A stretch of 64,000 bases of DNA from Eledone cirrhosa (lineage: Eukaryota): the NCBI GenBank assembly GCA_964016885.1, contig OZ024744.1:76694001-76758000 (forward strand), given 5' to 3'. Positions 53,149 through 64,000 of this stretch are shown here, in pieces. The notes under the pieces were generated by a model. The model made no database searches. It was not told the origin of the DNA and saw nothing but the letters and a program-made list of their open reading frames with translations. The position numbers and the translations under genes are program-made. The first letter of the stretch is position 1. Every line of letters begins with the position of its first letter.

Positions 53149-53228
53149 TCCCCCCCCCCACTCTCAAGACCGTGAAACTAATAAATCTTTGTTCGTACTG
53201 CCTCTCTGTTTTGTTCCCGTTCCCTTTT

Positions 53229-53338
<110 letters not shown>

Positions 53339-53731
53339 AAAAGAGCCATATATATATATATATATATATACACCTCAAGCATGCACATATATGCCTGATA
53401 TCCCACCCAATTCCAATTCACCCCCTTTCACCAACAACTCCCAGAGGTGTTGTTATGCTGTATTTACTCTATTTAATTATATTGAGTTTTTTTGTTTTTT
53501 TAAAACTGTTTTGCAATTCAGACCAAAGTGAAACCATAACCACCAACATAATGGTAATAAGTTCTGCAATATTTCCTAATTTAGGCACCAGACGAGCTAT
53601 GTGTTGGTTGAGGGAAATCAATTAACCTTTTGGGTACCAATTCTGTGAAATCTAGCTTTTGATCTTATGAATTAAAACCACAGTTTTAAAAATGTTGCTC
53701 TTTAAATTAAAATTATAATCTTTGAATATTA

Positions 53732-54175
53732 TGCGGTGGATTGGCAGTATCAGTAGAGGGTTGGACGCCATGCTTTGCAGCATCGAGTTACAGCCCTTTA
53801 TTGTCTGAGTTCAAATCCCGCCAACGTTAACTTTGCCTTTCACCCTTATGTGGTCAATAAAATAAAGTACCAGTAATGTACTGGGATAATTGTTGGCCTT
53901 GTGCCAAAAGTAGAAACAATTATTTTATTTAAGAATCATATATTAAGTTATCCTTTTAATAATAATTTCTAATTTAAGGACAAGGCCAAAAATTTGAAGG
54001 GTAGGGGCAAGTTGATTAAATCAACCCCAGTATGTTCTTGGTACTTTATTTTATCAACACCGTAAGGATGAAAGGCAAAGCTAACCTCAGTGGGATTTGA
54101 ACTTAAAAAATAAAGGGCTGTAACTCATGTTGTGAAGCAAAGTGTCCAACACTCTACCAATACTGCCAATTGACC
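53732..54175. mobile_element. Two family 1 SINEs tail-to-tail (53732-53925 +; 53960-54175 -)
   Basis: Match the family consensus. Confidence 0.85.
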
Positions 54176-54291
54176 AGCTTCTTAATGAGATGATTAATAC
54201 TTTCAATAAATCCTTCAAAATTATTCATTAATTAATTAAAATATACTAGAAATATAGTTGCAAAAATTTTAAACAATGCCAGTATTTGACT

Positions 54292-54490
54292 GGTACCTCA
54301 GCACCTCACGACCAGCATACCGGCACCTCACTACCAACATACCAGCACCTAAGCACATCAGCCCCTCAGTACCTCAGCAACTCATCACCTCAGAACATCA
54401 GTACCTCAGAACATCAGCACATCAGCACCTCAGCAAGTCAGTAGCACCTCAGTATGTCAGTAGTACCTGAGTACCTCAGCCCCTCAGCAG
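54292..54490. repeat. Degenerate 8-bp tandem repeat (CCTCAGCA/CCTCAGTA)
   Basis: Seen directly. Confidence 0.8.
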
Positions 54491-55661
54491 TATTTGAACC
54501 CATGATGTTAAGGAGCCTGATAAATAAAATAAAATGTAATACTACATTTTTTTTGTCTGACACTCTAACGACTCCGCCAATCAACCGCACTACATAGTAA
54601 AATCAAAAGTAAGAAAAAAGAAAGAAAGGAAGAAAGAATGAAAGAAGGAAAGAGAAAAGAAAGGAAAAAGAAAGAAAGAAAAATGAAAGAAAGAAAGAAA
54701 AAGAAAGTACAAAGAAAGAAAGAAACAAACAAACAAAATGAAAGAAAGAAAGAGGAAAAAGAAAGAAAGAATGAAAGAAAGACAAAAGATAAAATAGTCC
54801 AATTGAAATTACATGTGTAAGATGGTGAAACAAGTTGTTTGAATTAATTTAAATATTTTGGAAGAAGAGTAAGTTATAGAACATGTAAGATGAAAAGAAA
54901 GAGTAAAATGTCAGATTGCAGAAAATACAGTGGCTTGAGTGATGTTAAACCTTCTTTTAAATAAAAACAACAACAAAAACAAACAAAAAATAACAAACAA
55001 AAAAATAATTCAAAAATAACAAAAACAAAACAAAGCAAAAAAAGAAAATGACAATAGCAACAATTTGTTTTTTAAGAGCAATAGTAATTTCGAATGCACT
55101 CTATGGGTGAAAATTACAGTCTTTAGATGCTGAAAGTGAGAAAAAAATAAATAAATAAATAAAATAATAATAAAGATAATAATAAGAAAAAATAAAAATA
55201 ACAGAAATAATAATAAAAAATAAAAAATGAAGAAAAAAAAAATCATGACTTTTGAAATAAATTTTTTTTCCTAGAAAAATTCTTTGCATTCCATAAAGAA
55301 AAAACATGATGTGTATGTCTGGTCTGGTCTGATCTGGTCTGGTTTAGAATAGGTACACTGTAAACCCTGTAATGTTGTTTGCAGCAAACAAATGGACTGA
55401 ACCCCTCAGGAAGAACATCTATGATAGCCATAAATATATTTCTTTTAACAAAGAACACATGATGAGAATGAAATCTATCATGGGCTCTTCATAATCCATC
55501 ATCATTAAGCTTCAATGATATTTGGATTAATCTTCTTCTTCTTCTTCTTCTTCTTCTTCTTCTTCTTCTTCTTCTTCTTCTTCTTCTTCTTCTTCTTCTT
55601 CTTCTTCTTTAGTTCTTTTTTTTCCTATGTAGGTATCACTGGTCAACAAGAGATCTCACTT

Positions 55662-56144
55662 CCATCACCATCATCCTCACCATCATCATCATCATCATCA
55701 TCATCATCACCATCACCATCTTCATCAATATCGCCATCATCACATTCATCATCATCATCACCGCCACCATCATCACCACCACCATCATCACCATCATCAT
55801 CACCATCATCATCAACATCACCACCACCATCATCAACATCATCTTCACCATCACCACCATCCTCTCCATCATCACCATCACCATCATCACCACCACCACC
55901 ATCATCATCATCAACATCACCACCACCACCATCATCACCATCATCACCATCAACATCACCACCATCTTCATCAATATCACCATCACCACCATCCTCACCA
56001 TCATCACCATCATCACCACCATCACCATCACCATCTTCATCAATATCACCATCACCACCATCCTCACCATCATCACCATCATCACCACCATCACCATCAC
56101 CACCACCACCATCACCATCATCACCATCATCATCACTATCACCA
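55662..56144. repeat. (CAT)n/(CAC)n compound microsatellite
   Basis: Seen directly. Confidence 0.95.
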
Positions 56145-56225
56145 TTTACAGATAGAGCACTCAATACATAAATAAAGTAAATATCATTACTTGAATAACA
56201 AAGTATTCATATGAAACATATTTCA

Positions 56226-56314
56226 CCAATACAATAGTCTCTTATAGAGGCCCAATACAATAGTCTCTTATAGAGGCCCAATACAATAGTCTCTTATAGA
56301 GGCCCAATACAATA
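56226..56314. repeat. 26-bp perfect tandem repeat, about 3.4 copies
   Basis: Unit CCAATACAATAGTCTCTTATAGAGGC. Confidence 0.95.
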
Positions 56315-56574
56315 ATGTATATTTTCATGTAAACATTATGAGAGAGCTCAATAGACTTAAACCCAGAACATATAATGTAATGTCAACTGAACATATATCC
56401 AGGTCCTTCTTCTTCTTCTTCTTCTTCTTCTTCTTCTTCTTCTTCTTCTTCTTCTTCTTCTTCTTCTTCTTCTTCTTCTTCTTCTTCTTCTTCTTCTTTG
56501 CTTTCTTCTTCTTCTTTGCCTTCTTCTTCTTCTTCTCTTCTTCTCCTCCTCCTCCTCCTCCTCGTCCACTTATT

Positions 56575-56975
56575 CCTGAAAGGCTCATGAGAGCAGAGTC
56601 CTCAAACGCTCCCTCCAATGCGTCCTGTCAGAAGTAACCATCTCCAACTGATCCGGCTGGATTGCCAAACGCGACCAGCCAAGCTCATGGATGTTATTCA
56701 ACTATGGGTTGGTTTTGCCTGTAAAATCTGTCCAGCAATTCTTTCCTGAAACATTCTAACCACCTGCCCATAGTATCGTAGCTGTGATCTCTCAATTTGG
56801 AGATGTAGTGACTTTCTGATCTCCAAGCTATGCACTTTATCAAGTAATGTTACTCCAAAGACCCTTTGGAGGAACTCCATTTTGGCCGCTTATATTCAAG
56901 ATCATATTCTTTCAGTCATTACCCAAGATTCATAACCATAGGTAAGAGTTGGCACAAATACCGAATTGAAGATAG
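56575..56975 (-). pseudogene. RTE-group LINE 3' fragment, same family as 10005-10407
   Basis: LTYGYESWVMTER...MEFLQRVFGVTLLDKV...QLRYYGQVVRM; ends next to (GGA)n/(AAG)n. Confidence 0.8.
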
Positions 56976-57049
56976 TTTTACAGTAAATATTTCTGTGACA
57001 TGATCACAGCTTAAAATACCCATAGCAAAACTTATATGTGTTTATTAAA

Positions 57050-57432
57050 CAGTGAATTGGCAGTATTGGTAGAGGGTCAGACATGCTTTCAAGCGTATTT
57101 ACGTCCCTTTACGATCTGAGTTCAAATCCCGCCGAGGTTAACTTTGCCTTTCATCCTTACAGGGTCGATAAAATAAAGTACCAGTAATACACTGGGTAAT
57201 TGCTGGCCTTGTGCCAAAAGTAGAAACAATTATTATAGGGCGGTAGATTGGCAGTATCGGTAGAGGGTCAGACACCATGCTTTGCAGCAAAAAAGTTACG
57301 GCCCTTTATGTTCAGAGTTCAAATCCCGCTGAGGTTAACTTTGCTTTTCATCCTTACGGGGTCGATAAAATAAAGTACCAGTACTGTACTGGGATAATTG
57401 CTGGCCTTGTGCCAAAAGTAGAAACAATTATT
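57050..57432 (+). mobile_element. Two tandem family 1 SINEs
   Basis: 57050-57235 and 57237-57432 match the consensus. Confidence 0.9.
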
Positions 57433-57648
57433 ATATATGCTTAGCCAGGCATATCCCACAATATGTCATACACCAGCCACAAGCTGTCACAGTTGCCGCC
57501 CCCATAATACCCTAGGTTTTCTGCTCCCATAAAGTGATCTCTCCACTACCATGAAAAGCAACATATAATCTGCACCCCTCTCATTTTCATTTTATCTTTA
57601 TCTTTTATTAACACTTGCCAGCAGTGTAGACAGGTGGTGTAACATGAT

Positions 57649-57694
<46 letters not shown>

Positions 57695-58369
57695 ATAATA
57701 ATAAATTTGAAGACTAAAATCCAAAGAGGGCTCGATAAGGATAAATATATATCAAAGGGTGAAAGCAGCGATTCTTTGCTTAAACTTTAATCTGTTATTT
57801 TAATAAATATATATCATCATCATCATCATCATCATCGTTTTACGTCCGTTCTTCTACGCTAGCATGGGTTAGACGGGTTGTCCTGTTGTGGACAGTGTAT
57901 GGTTGGCTGACCTTGTCTTGCTCATACAGGAACTGATTCTGGCTTGATTGCTACAGCTGGATGCCCTTCCTAACACCAACCTCATTTATAGTGTGGGCTG
58001 GGTGCTTTTTTGCCGTGGCACCTCCATGAGCACTTTGCAGTGTGTGCTGGGTGCTTTTTTGCAGTGGCACCTCCACGACCACTTTGCAGTGGGAGGGTGT
58101 GGGGCATATTGTCTATATGCTTCAGCTTCGGCTTGTACCCGTGGGAGGTCGGGTACTCTGTATTACTGCGTGACACCAGAGGTCAACACATCATCATCAT
58201 CATTTTACGTCCACTTTTCCCTGCTTGCAAGGGTGGGACGGGAACTGATTCTGGCTTGATTTCTACAGTTGGATACCCTTTCTAACACCAACCTCATTTA
58301 CAGTGAGTGCTGGGTGCTTTTTGCCGTGGCACCTACACGACCACTTTGCAGTCCCTATCATCTCATTTC

Positions 58370-58593
<224 letters not shown>

Positions 58594-58659
58594 GTATATA
58601 TATATGTATATATATATATGTATAATATAAGATCAAAAGATGGTTAAAAGAGTTCCATG

Positions 58660-58730
58660 TATTTTATTATGCGCATTTCAAAAACAAATATCATCATGCG
58701 ATGACATTTGCGTTTTCGTCAGATAAAATA
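58660..58730 (-). ncRNA. Type-I hammerhead ribozyme candidate, canonical core
   Basis: TATTTTAT-CTGACGA-aaacg CAAATGTCATC gcat GATGATATTTG ttttt-GAAA-TGCGCA-TA-ATAAAATA (8-bp stem I, palindromic stem III). Confidence 0.8.
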
Positions 58731-58839
58731 GGGAGACATGATATGAAGGTTAAAAAACACTTGTGAATAGTGCAGTTTTAAATCAACATATCAATTGTAC
58801 TACAATAAAACTCACCTCCTACATATATATATGTTTATA

Positions 58840-58912
<73 letters not shown>

Positions 58913-59070
58913 ATGTATGTATATATATAGTATATGTGTGTAAATAATAGTGTTTTCCAATATAGATCCTGGTAAAGAAGAGAGAAGCTCTATGCTATCA
59001 AGTTTCATTGATGCTGCAGTAATTCAAAATTAGCTGAGTATTTTCTCATAAGTATTAACCTGGTTATTCC

Positions 59071-59108
<38 letters not shown>

Positions 59109-59506
59109 TGGCAAGGAACAAAACAAAAACAAGGGGGGCAGTTACGAACAGTGTTGGTATTAGGTTCACGCTTGAGAGTGGGGGGTGGGGGACGTCGTTT
59201 CAGTCATAAGCCCGTCATCAGGAGACAGGTGGGAAGGAAAAGGGTTACGAGGAGGGGGAGATATTAAAATAAAGGGAAAAAAATAAAATGAAAGAAAAAA
59301 AATTAAAACGAAGGAAAAAAAATTAAAATGAAAACAAGTGGTGAAAGAGTGTGAGGCGTGTAGAGGAGGTGGTGGTGTGTGGGTGGATGGATGGAGGGAG
59401 GAGGGAGAGGGGAGAAGGAAAATGGTGATCCTAGCGGGGAGGGAAGAAAGTTGTGTGCGTGTATGTGTGTAGGTGTACATGTGTGTGTGTGTATGTGTGG
59501 ATGTGA

Positions 59507-59539
<33 letters not shown>

Positions 59540-59933
59540 TATACAGTATATTTATATATCATCATTTTACTCTTCCATGTTCATACGGTCATATGGGTTG
59601 GATAGGCTTTTTCCAGCACAGCATCTCTCCACATGTTATGTTCCTTCATCAACTCCTCTGTGAGCTTCAGCAATATGAGATCAGTTCTCACCACATCTGC
59701 CCAGGTCTTTGTTGGTCTTCCTCTACTGCAGCTTCCTTCCACTGGGATTTCTTAGCACTTCTTCACCCAGCAATCACCAACCATGCACATCACATGTCCA
59801 TACCAACACAATTTTTTCTTCCCCTCTACACAACATCTGATTCCTCTTATACTCTCTCAGTTTCTCCTTCACTTCATCTGTGCTTCATCATTCACACACA
59901 TTACCCATCCATCAAAGAATGCTTGCTTCATTT

Positions 59934-59969
<36 letters not shown>

Positions 59970-59980
59970 TATATATACAT

Positions 59981-60012
<32 letters not shown>

Positions 60013-60100
60013 GTGTATATATATATATATATATATACATATATGTGTGTGTATGTAAACATTGTTCCCTCGGTCCGATTTGACGAAAGTCGATCGTTCC

Positions 60101-60139
<39 letters not shown>

Positions 60140-60199
60140 AAATGGGAACAATGTTTCCGTTGGTCTTTCCAATTGGTAATATCTATCGGTCGCAACTCC

Positions 60200-60323
60200 A
60201 GGTAGAAGGAGCAACGTGAAATAAAGTGTCTTGCTCAAGGACATAACGTATCGCCTGGTCCAGGAATCGAACTCACAACCTTACGATTGCGAATCCAATT
60301 CTCTAACCACTCAGCCACACGCC

Positions 60324-60327
<4 letters not shown>
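60200..60327 (-). mobile_element. tRNA-derived SINE, family 2 head
   Basis: Minus strand: GGCGTGTGGCTGAGTGGTTAGAG...GAGTTCGATTCC...GTCCTTGAGCAAGACAC. Confidence 0.8.
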
Positions 60328-60420
<93 letters not shown>

Positions 60421-60425
60421 GTATG

Positions 60426-60643
<218 letters not shown>

Positions 60644-60662
60644 TGTATATATGTATATATAA

Positions 60663-60782
60663 AATCGAAGAAATTGAAGAAAGAGAATTAGACTGTTAAA
60701 ATATATTTATAATATATATTTATAATACATATTTATAAATATATTTTAACGGTCTGCTACTCTTTCTTCAATTTCTTCGATT
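60663..60782. repeat. Imperfect AT-rich palindrome
   Basis: AATCGAAGAAATTGAAGAAAGAG ... CTCTTTCTTCAATTTCTTCGATT. Confidence 0.85.
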
Positions 60783-60971
60783 AATTGCTCTGCTTAAATT
60801 CGCACACTAAATATTAACGCTTCTAATGTTTAACCCTGTCTGCACAAGCATCGAGCACTAAAGTATCTGCTTATGGCAATTTATTATCTGTATCGTCTCC
60901 TTCTATAGTGCTTCCACTCTCTATTCTCTCTCGCGATACTGTAACATTCTATTATATATATATATATATAA

Positions 60972-61003
<32 letters not shown>

Positions 61004-61008
61004 ACATA

Positions 61009-61068
<60 letters not shown>

Positions 61069-61124
61069 TATATATGTACACATATATAAATATATGTATG
61101 TGTGTGTGTGTGTGTGGCTCCTTT

Positions 61125-61580
61125 AAGAGTAAGACCTGGTATGACCGACTGGCCCAACCTCCCTCATAGTGGGACCACCCAGATCCCAAATTATGGTTCC
61201 AATGTGAGCAATGTACGGGTTGGCCAAGTGGTCAAACCCTCCTCATAACGGTTTACCCAGTATTCCACTATGAGTAAGGCCTGGTGCAGCCAACTGGCCA
61301 GACATCCTTCATAATGGGAGCACCCACATCCTAAAATACAGTAAGCCCGATATTGTGTAAGGTGCAGCATGGCCATCTGGTCAAACTTGGCTTATAACAT
61401 CATGACCACCCAGTAACTTGGCTCCACTATGTGTAAGGCTTGGTGTGGTCAAATGGTTAGGCCTCCCTCATATTAGGGGTAACCCAGCTCCCAAACAATG
61501 GTTCCACTGTGAGCAGGGTAAGGTGCAGCCAACTGGCCTGTCCCTCTTCAAAACAGGGCCACCCAGTTCCACACTGTAAA
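61125..61580. repeat. Old degenerate minisatellite (about six 65-80-bp units)
   Basis: Recurring GTAAGG...GCCAACTGG...CTCATA...CACCCAG...TTCCACT. Confidence 0.65.
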
Positions 61581-61726
61581 CGTGGTTGGTGTTAGGATGG
61601 GCATCCAACCGTAGAAAACTTGCCAGACAGTCCTGAGCAAGACAACTAATCTTGCCTTAAGTGGGACAATTCCCGTCCAGACCCATGCTAGCGTGGAAAA
61701 TGGACGTTAAACGATGATGATGATGA

Positions 61727-61764
<38 letters not shown>

Positions 61765-61910
61765 CTAAAGATTAATATGGTTCGTTGTTTACTCAATGAA
61801 TACAATTTTACAATAGATTAAAAGCACTCAACAAATAAAGTTTTCCTGGAGTTTTTAATATTTTAAAAATATTAACAAATGAAGGATATTCACGTAATCA
61901 AAATATATGC

Positions 61911-61970
61911 TTTATTATATATATTTCAAAGGTACTGTGTTGTTTTTTCAGTACGTCTTCATCAGATAAA
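61911..61970 (-). ncRNA. Type-I hammerhead ribozyme candidate, canonical core
   Basis: TTTAT-CTGATGA-AGAc GTACTG(11 nt)CAGTAC cTTT-GAAA-TATATA-TA-ATAAA. Confidence 0.75.
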
Positions 61971-62083
61971 ATATATGATTTGATATATGACATACCGCTA
62001 TGGTCTTGATTATACAATTCCAATATAATATTGGAATTGTATAATCAAGACCGTAGCGGTATGTCATATATCAAATCATATAT

Positions 62084-62143
62084 TTTATCTGATGAAGACA
62101 TACTGAAAAAACAACACAGTACCTTTGAAATATATTTAATAAA
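62084..62143 (+). ncRNA. Type-I hammerhead ribozyme candidate (mirror copy, two substitutions)
   Basis: CTGATGA at 62089-62095, GAAA at 62127-62130, stem I TTTAT/ATAAA. Confidence 0.65.
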
Positions 62144-62189
62144 GCATATACATTTGTTAATATTTTGAATAATATATATATATATATAT

Positions 62190-62429
62190 GGTGGCTGCGA
62201 ACTCGTTTTCGAGTACGGCCACTACTTTATATCCATGTAGGAGAACCCCTACCGATGCGCTGAACGAGTGTGACTTTTTAGTCCAGCCAGCGACTTGAAA
62301 ACTCTGGTACAAACACTACACTTGTGACAATTATTGACACATAGTGCTGGGCCCTTGGTACCATGTGACGACAAGTGCAGAGAGATCTCCAGATATAAAG
62401 CAATGCCTGTGCCGTGAAGCTTTTATAGT
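62190..62429 (-). mobile_element. Bipartite RTE element, 5'-truncated third copy
   Basis: Nearly identical to 48841-49080. Confidence 0.8.
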
Positions 62430-62437
62430 GATATATA

Positions 62438-62519
<82 letters not shown>

Positions 62520-62591
62520 CATGCAAGCGTGGAAGATGGACGTTAAACGATGATGATGAAGATGATGATATACATTATATATATATATATA

Positions 62592-64000
62592 TCTTAGTCT
62601 TAGTCTTAGTTCCTCCAGTCCCTTGTGGAACATTGGGTGACGAGCTTCCTCCACTTGATCCTGTCACTGGCGGCCCTTCTAACACCTCTCCAGGTAATTC
62701 CCATCTACTGCAGGTCCTCCCTGAATGTGCTCCGCCATGTTTTTCGTGGTCTTCCTCGTTTTCACCTGCCACCTTCTGCTACCCAATCCATGGCAATATG
62801 AGCAGGTCGATCTGCCGGCAAACAAAGGATGTGGCCCGCGAACCGCCGTCTCCTTTTCCGGACAATGTCCCTTAACCTCTCCAATCCTGACCTCCTCATC
62901 ACTTCCTCGTTGCTAACTTGGTCTCTCCATGAAATTTTCAATATGGTCCGAATGCAACGACAGTGGAATACATCAAGCTTGTTACATACACTTTCCGTAC
63001 TCTTCCATGTCTCACAGGCATATATCGCTGTTGGTACTACAATGGACATGTAAACACGGAATTTGACGGCGTTGTCGATGGAACACCTGGACCATACCGG
63101 ACGGAGTCGCTAGAAGACCGCCGCTGCTTTTCCCAGCCTTGTGCGCACATCCACCTCAGCATCCCCATCGTCAGAGATGTTGCTGCCAAGGTATTGGAAG
63201 TGGTTTACACACTCAATGTTACGCTGACCAACCATGATGGGAGGATTTGGAGGGTCACCTGTCGACATGGTCTTGGTTTTTTCACAACTGATGCGCAGGC
63301 CAACTTTCTCTGCATTGTCATTTAGGACGTTTGTAATCTCTTGCAGGTCTTCTCGGGAATGGCCTATCACTGCGATGTCATCGGCAAAGTCCAGATCGCT
63401 TAATCTCCTTCCATCCCAGCTGATGCCAAAATGAAGATCACTCATTGTCTTCTTCATGATGAAATCGATGACAATGAGGAAAAGGAAAGGCAAAAGGATG
63501 CAGCCCTGTCGAACCACCATCAAGATGTCAAACATTTCCATGTTTCCGTCCTTTGTCCTAACGCAGCACCTGGAATGTCGGTACAGCGACCTGAAGATGT
63601 TAATATATTTCTCTGGGACACCGTAGAGTCTTACAATCTTCCACAATGACTCCCGATGAACACTGTCGAAAGCTTTCCTGAAGTCAATGTAGTTGACAAC
63701 AAGGAACTTGTGGAACTCCCGACATTATTCAATGATATTTCGGAGAGTGAAGATCTGCTCTGAACAAGACTTTCCACTGCGGAAGCCAGCCTGTTCGTCT
63801 CGAAGATGACGATCTACTTCTGCTCTCAGCCGGTTCAGGATGACTGTGCAGAATACCTTCCCTGGCACTGATAGCAACGTGATCCCTCTCAAGTTGTTGC
63901 AGTCGCTGAAACAGCCCTTCTTCGGTAGTGGTACAATCACTCCATTTCCCCATTCCTCCGGCACCTCCTCTTCTTGCCAAATCACATTGCATAAATGGGT
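62592..64000 (-). mobile_element. RTE/RTEX-type LINE RT and 3' end with (ACTAAG)n tail; continues beyond the window
   Basis: RGITLLSVPGKV, EQAGFR, DFRKAFDSV, RQGCIL, DLDFADD, FQYLGS, YACETW; several stops. Confidence 0.9.

Larger units (their letters stand above)
61865..62166. repeat. Near-perfect palindrome (centre 62027) with a hammerhead in each arm
   Basis: 61904-62026 versus 62028-62150 with about 3 mismatches; outer arms continue past an indel. Confidence 0.9.

Noticed and set aside
55384-55493. Possible host exon after TGTTTGCAG (NKWTEPLRKNIY...)
   Set aside because: No recognisable homology and no partner exons; RNA-seq would be needed.
56226-56314. Hairpin-containing 26-bp repeat, superficially CRISPR-like
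   Set aside because: No spacers, no cas genes, eukaryotic context; a simple tandem repeat.
59185-59226. Minus-strand CTGATGA...GAAACGACGTC hammerhead-like motif
   Set aside because: Stem I does not pair and stem II is weak; at most a decayed copy.
60255-60327. tRNA-like sequence (also ~47145-47205)
   Set aside because: It continues into a repeated SINE body and I could not form a full cloverleaf, so it is a SINE head.

Overview
AT-rich, microsatellite-saturated eukaryotic DNA made almost entirely of transposable elements. The SINE families and repeat landscape suggest an octopus/cephalopod genome (inference, not confirmed). No host protein-coding gene can be supported, and most listed ORFs are translated microsatellites. 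Contents: (1) five same-orientation Tx1/L1-clade retrotransposons at 33.6-44.6 kb, each bounded by (GATA)n, plus a related fragment in (ATT)n; (2) RTE-group LINE fragments and a bipartite non-autonomous RTE; (3) an R4/Dong-like RLE retrotransposon in (TACA)n; (4) a Penelope-like GIY-YIG remnant; (5) six non-autonomous Helitrons, one mariner relic and about 25 tRNA-derived SINE copies. The most interesting signal is about 15 type-I hammerhead ribozyme motifs found by hand. Six loci carry a recurrent compensated U3-A8 core (UUGANAA instead of CUGANGA) and two carry a CCGANGA core. Several sit as outward-facing pairs in fold-back palindromes. All folds were done by eye and none has been tested for activity.
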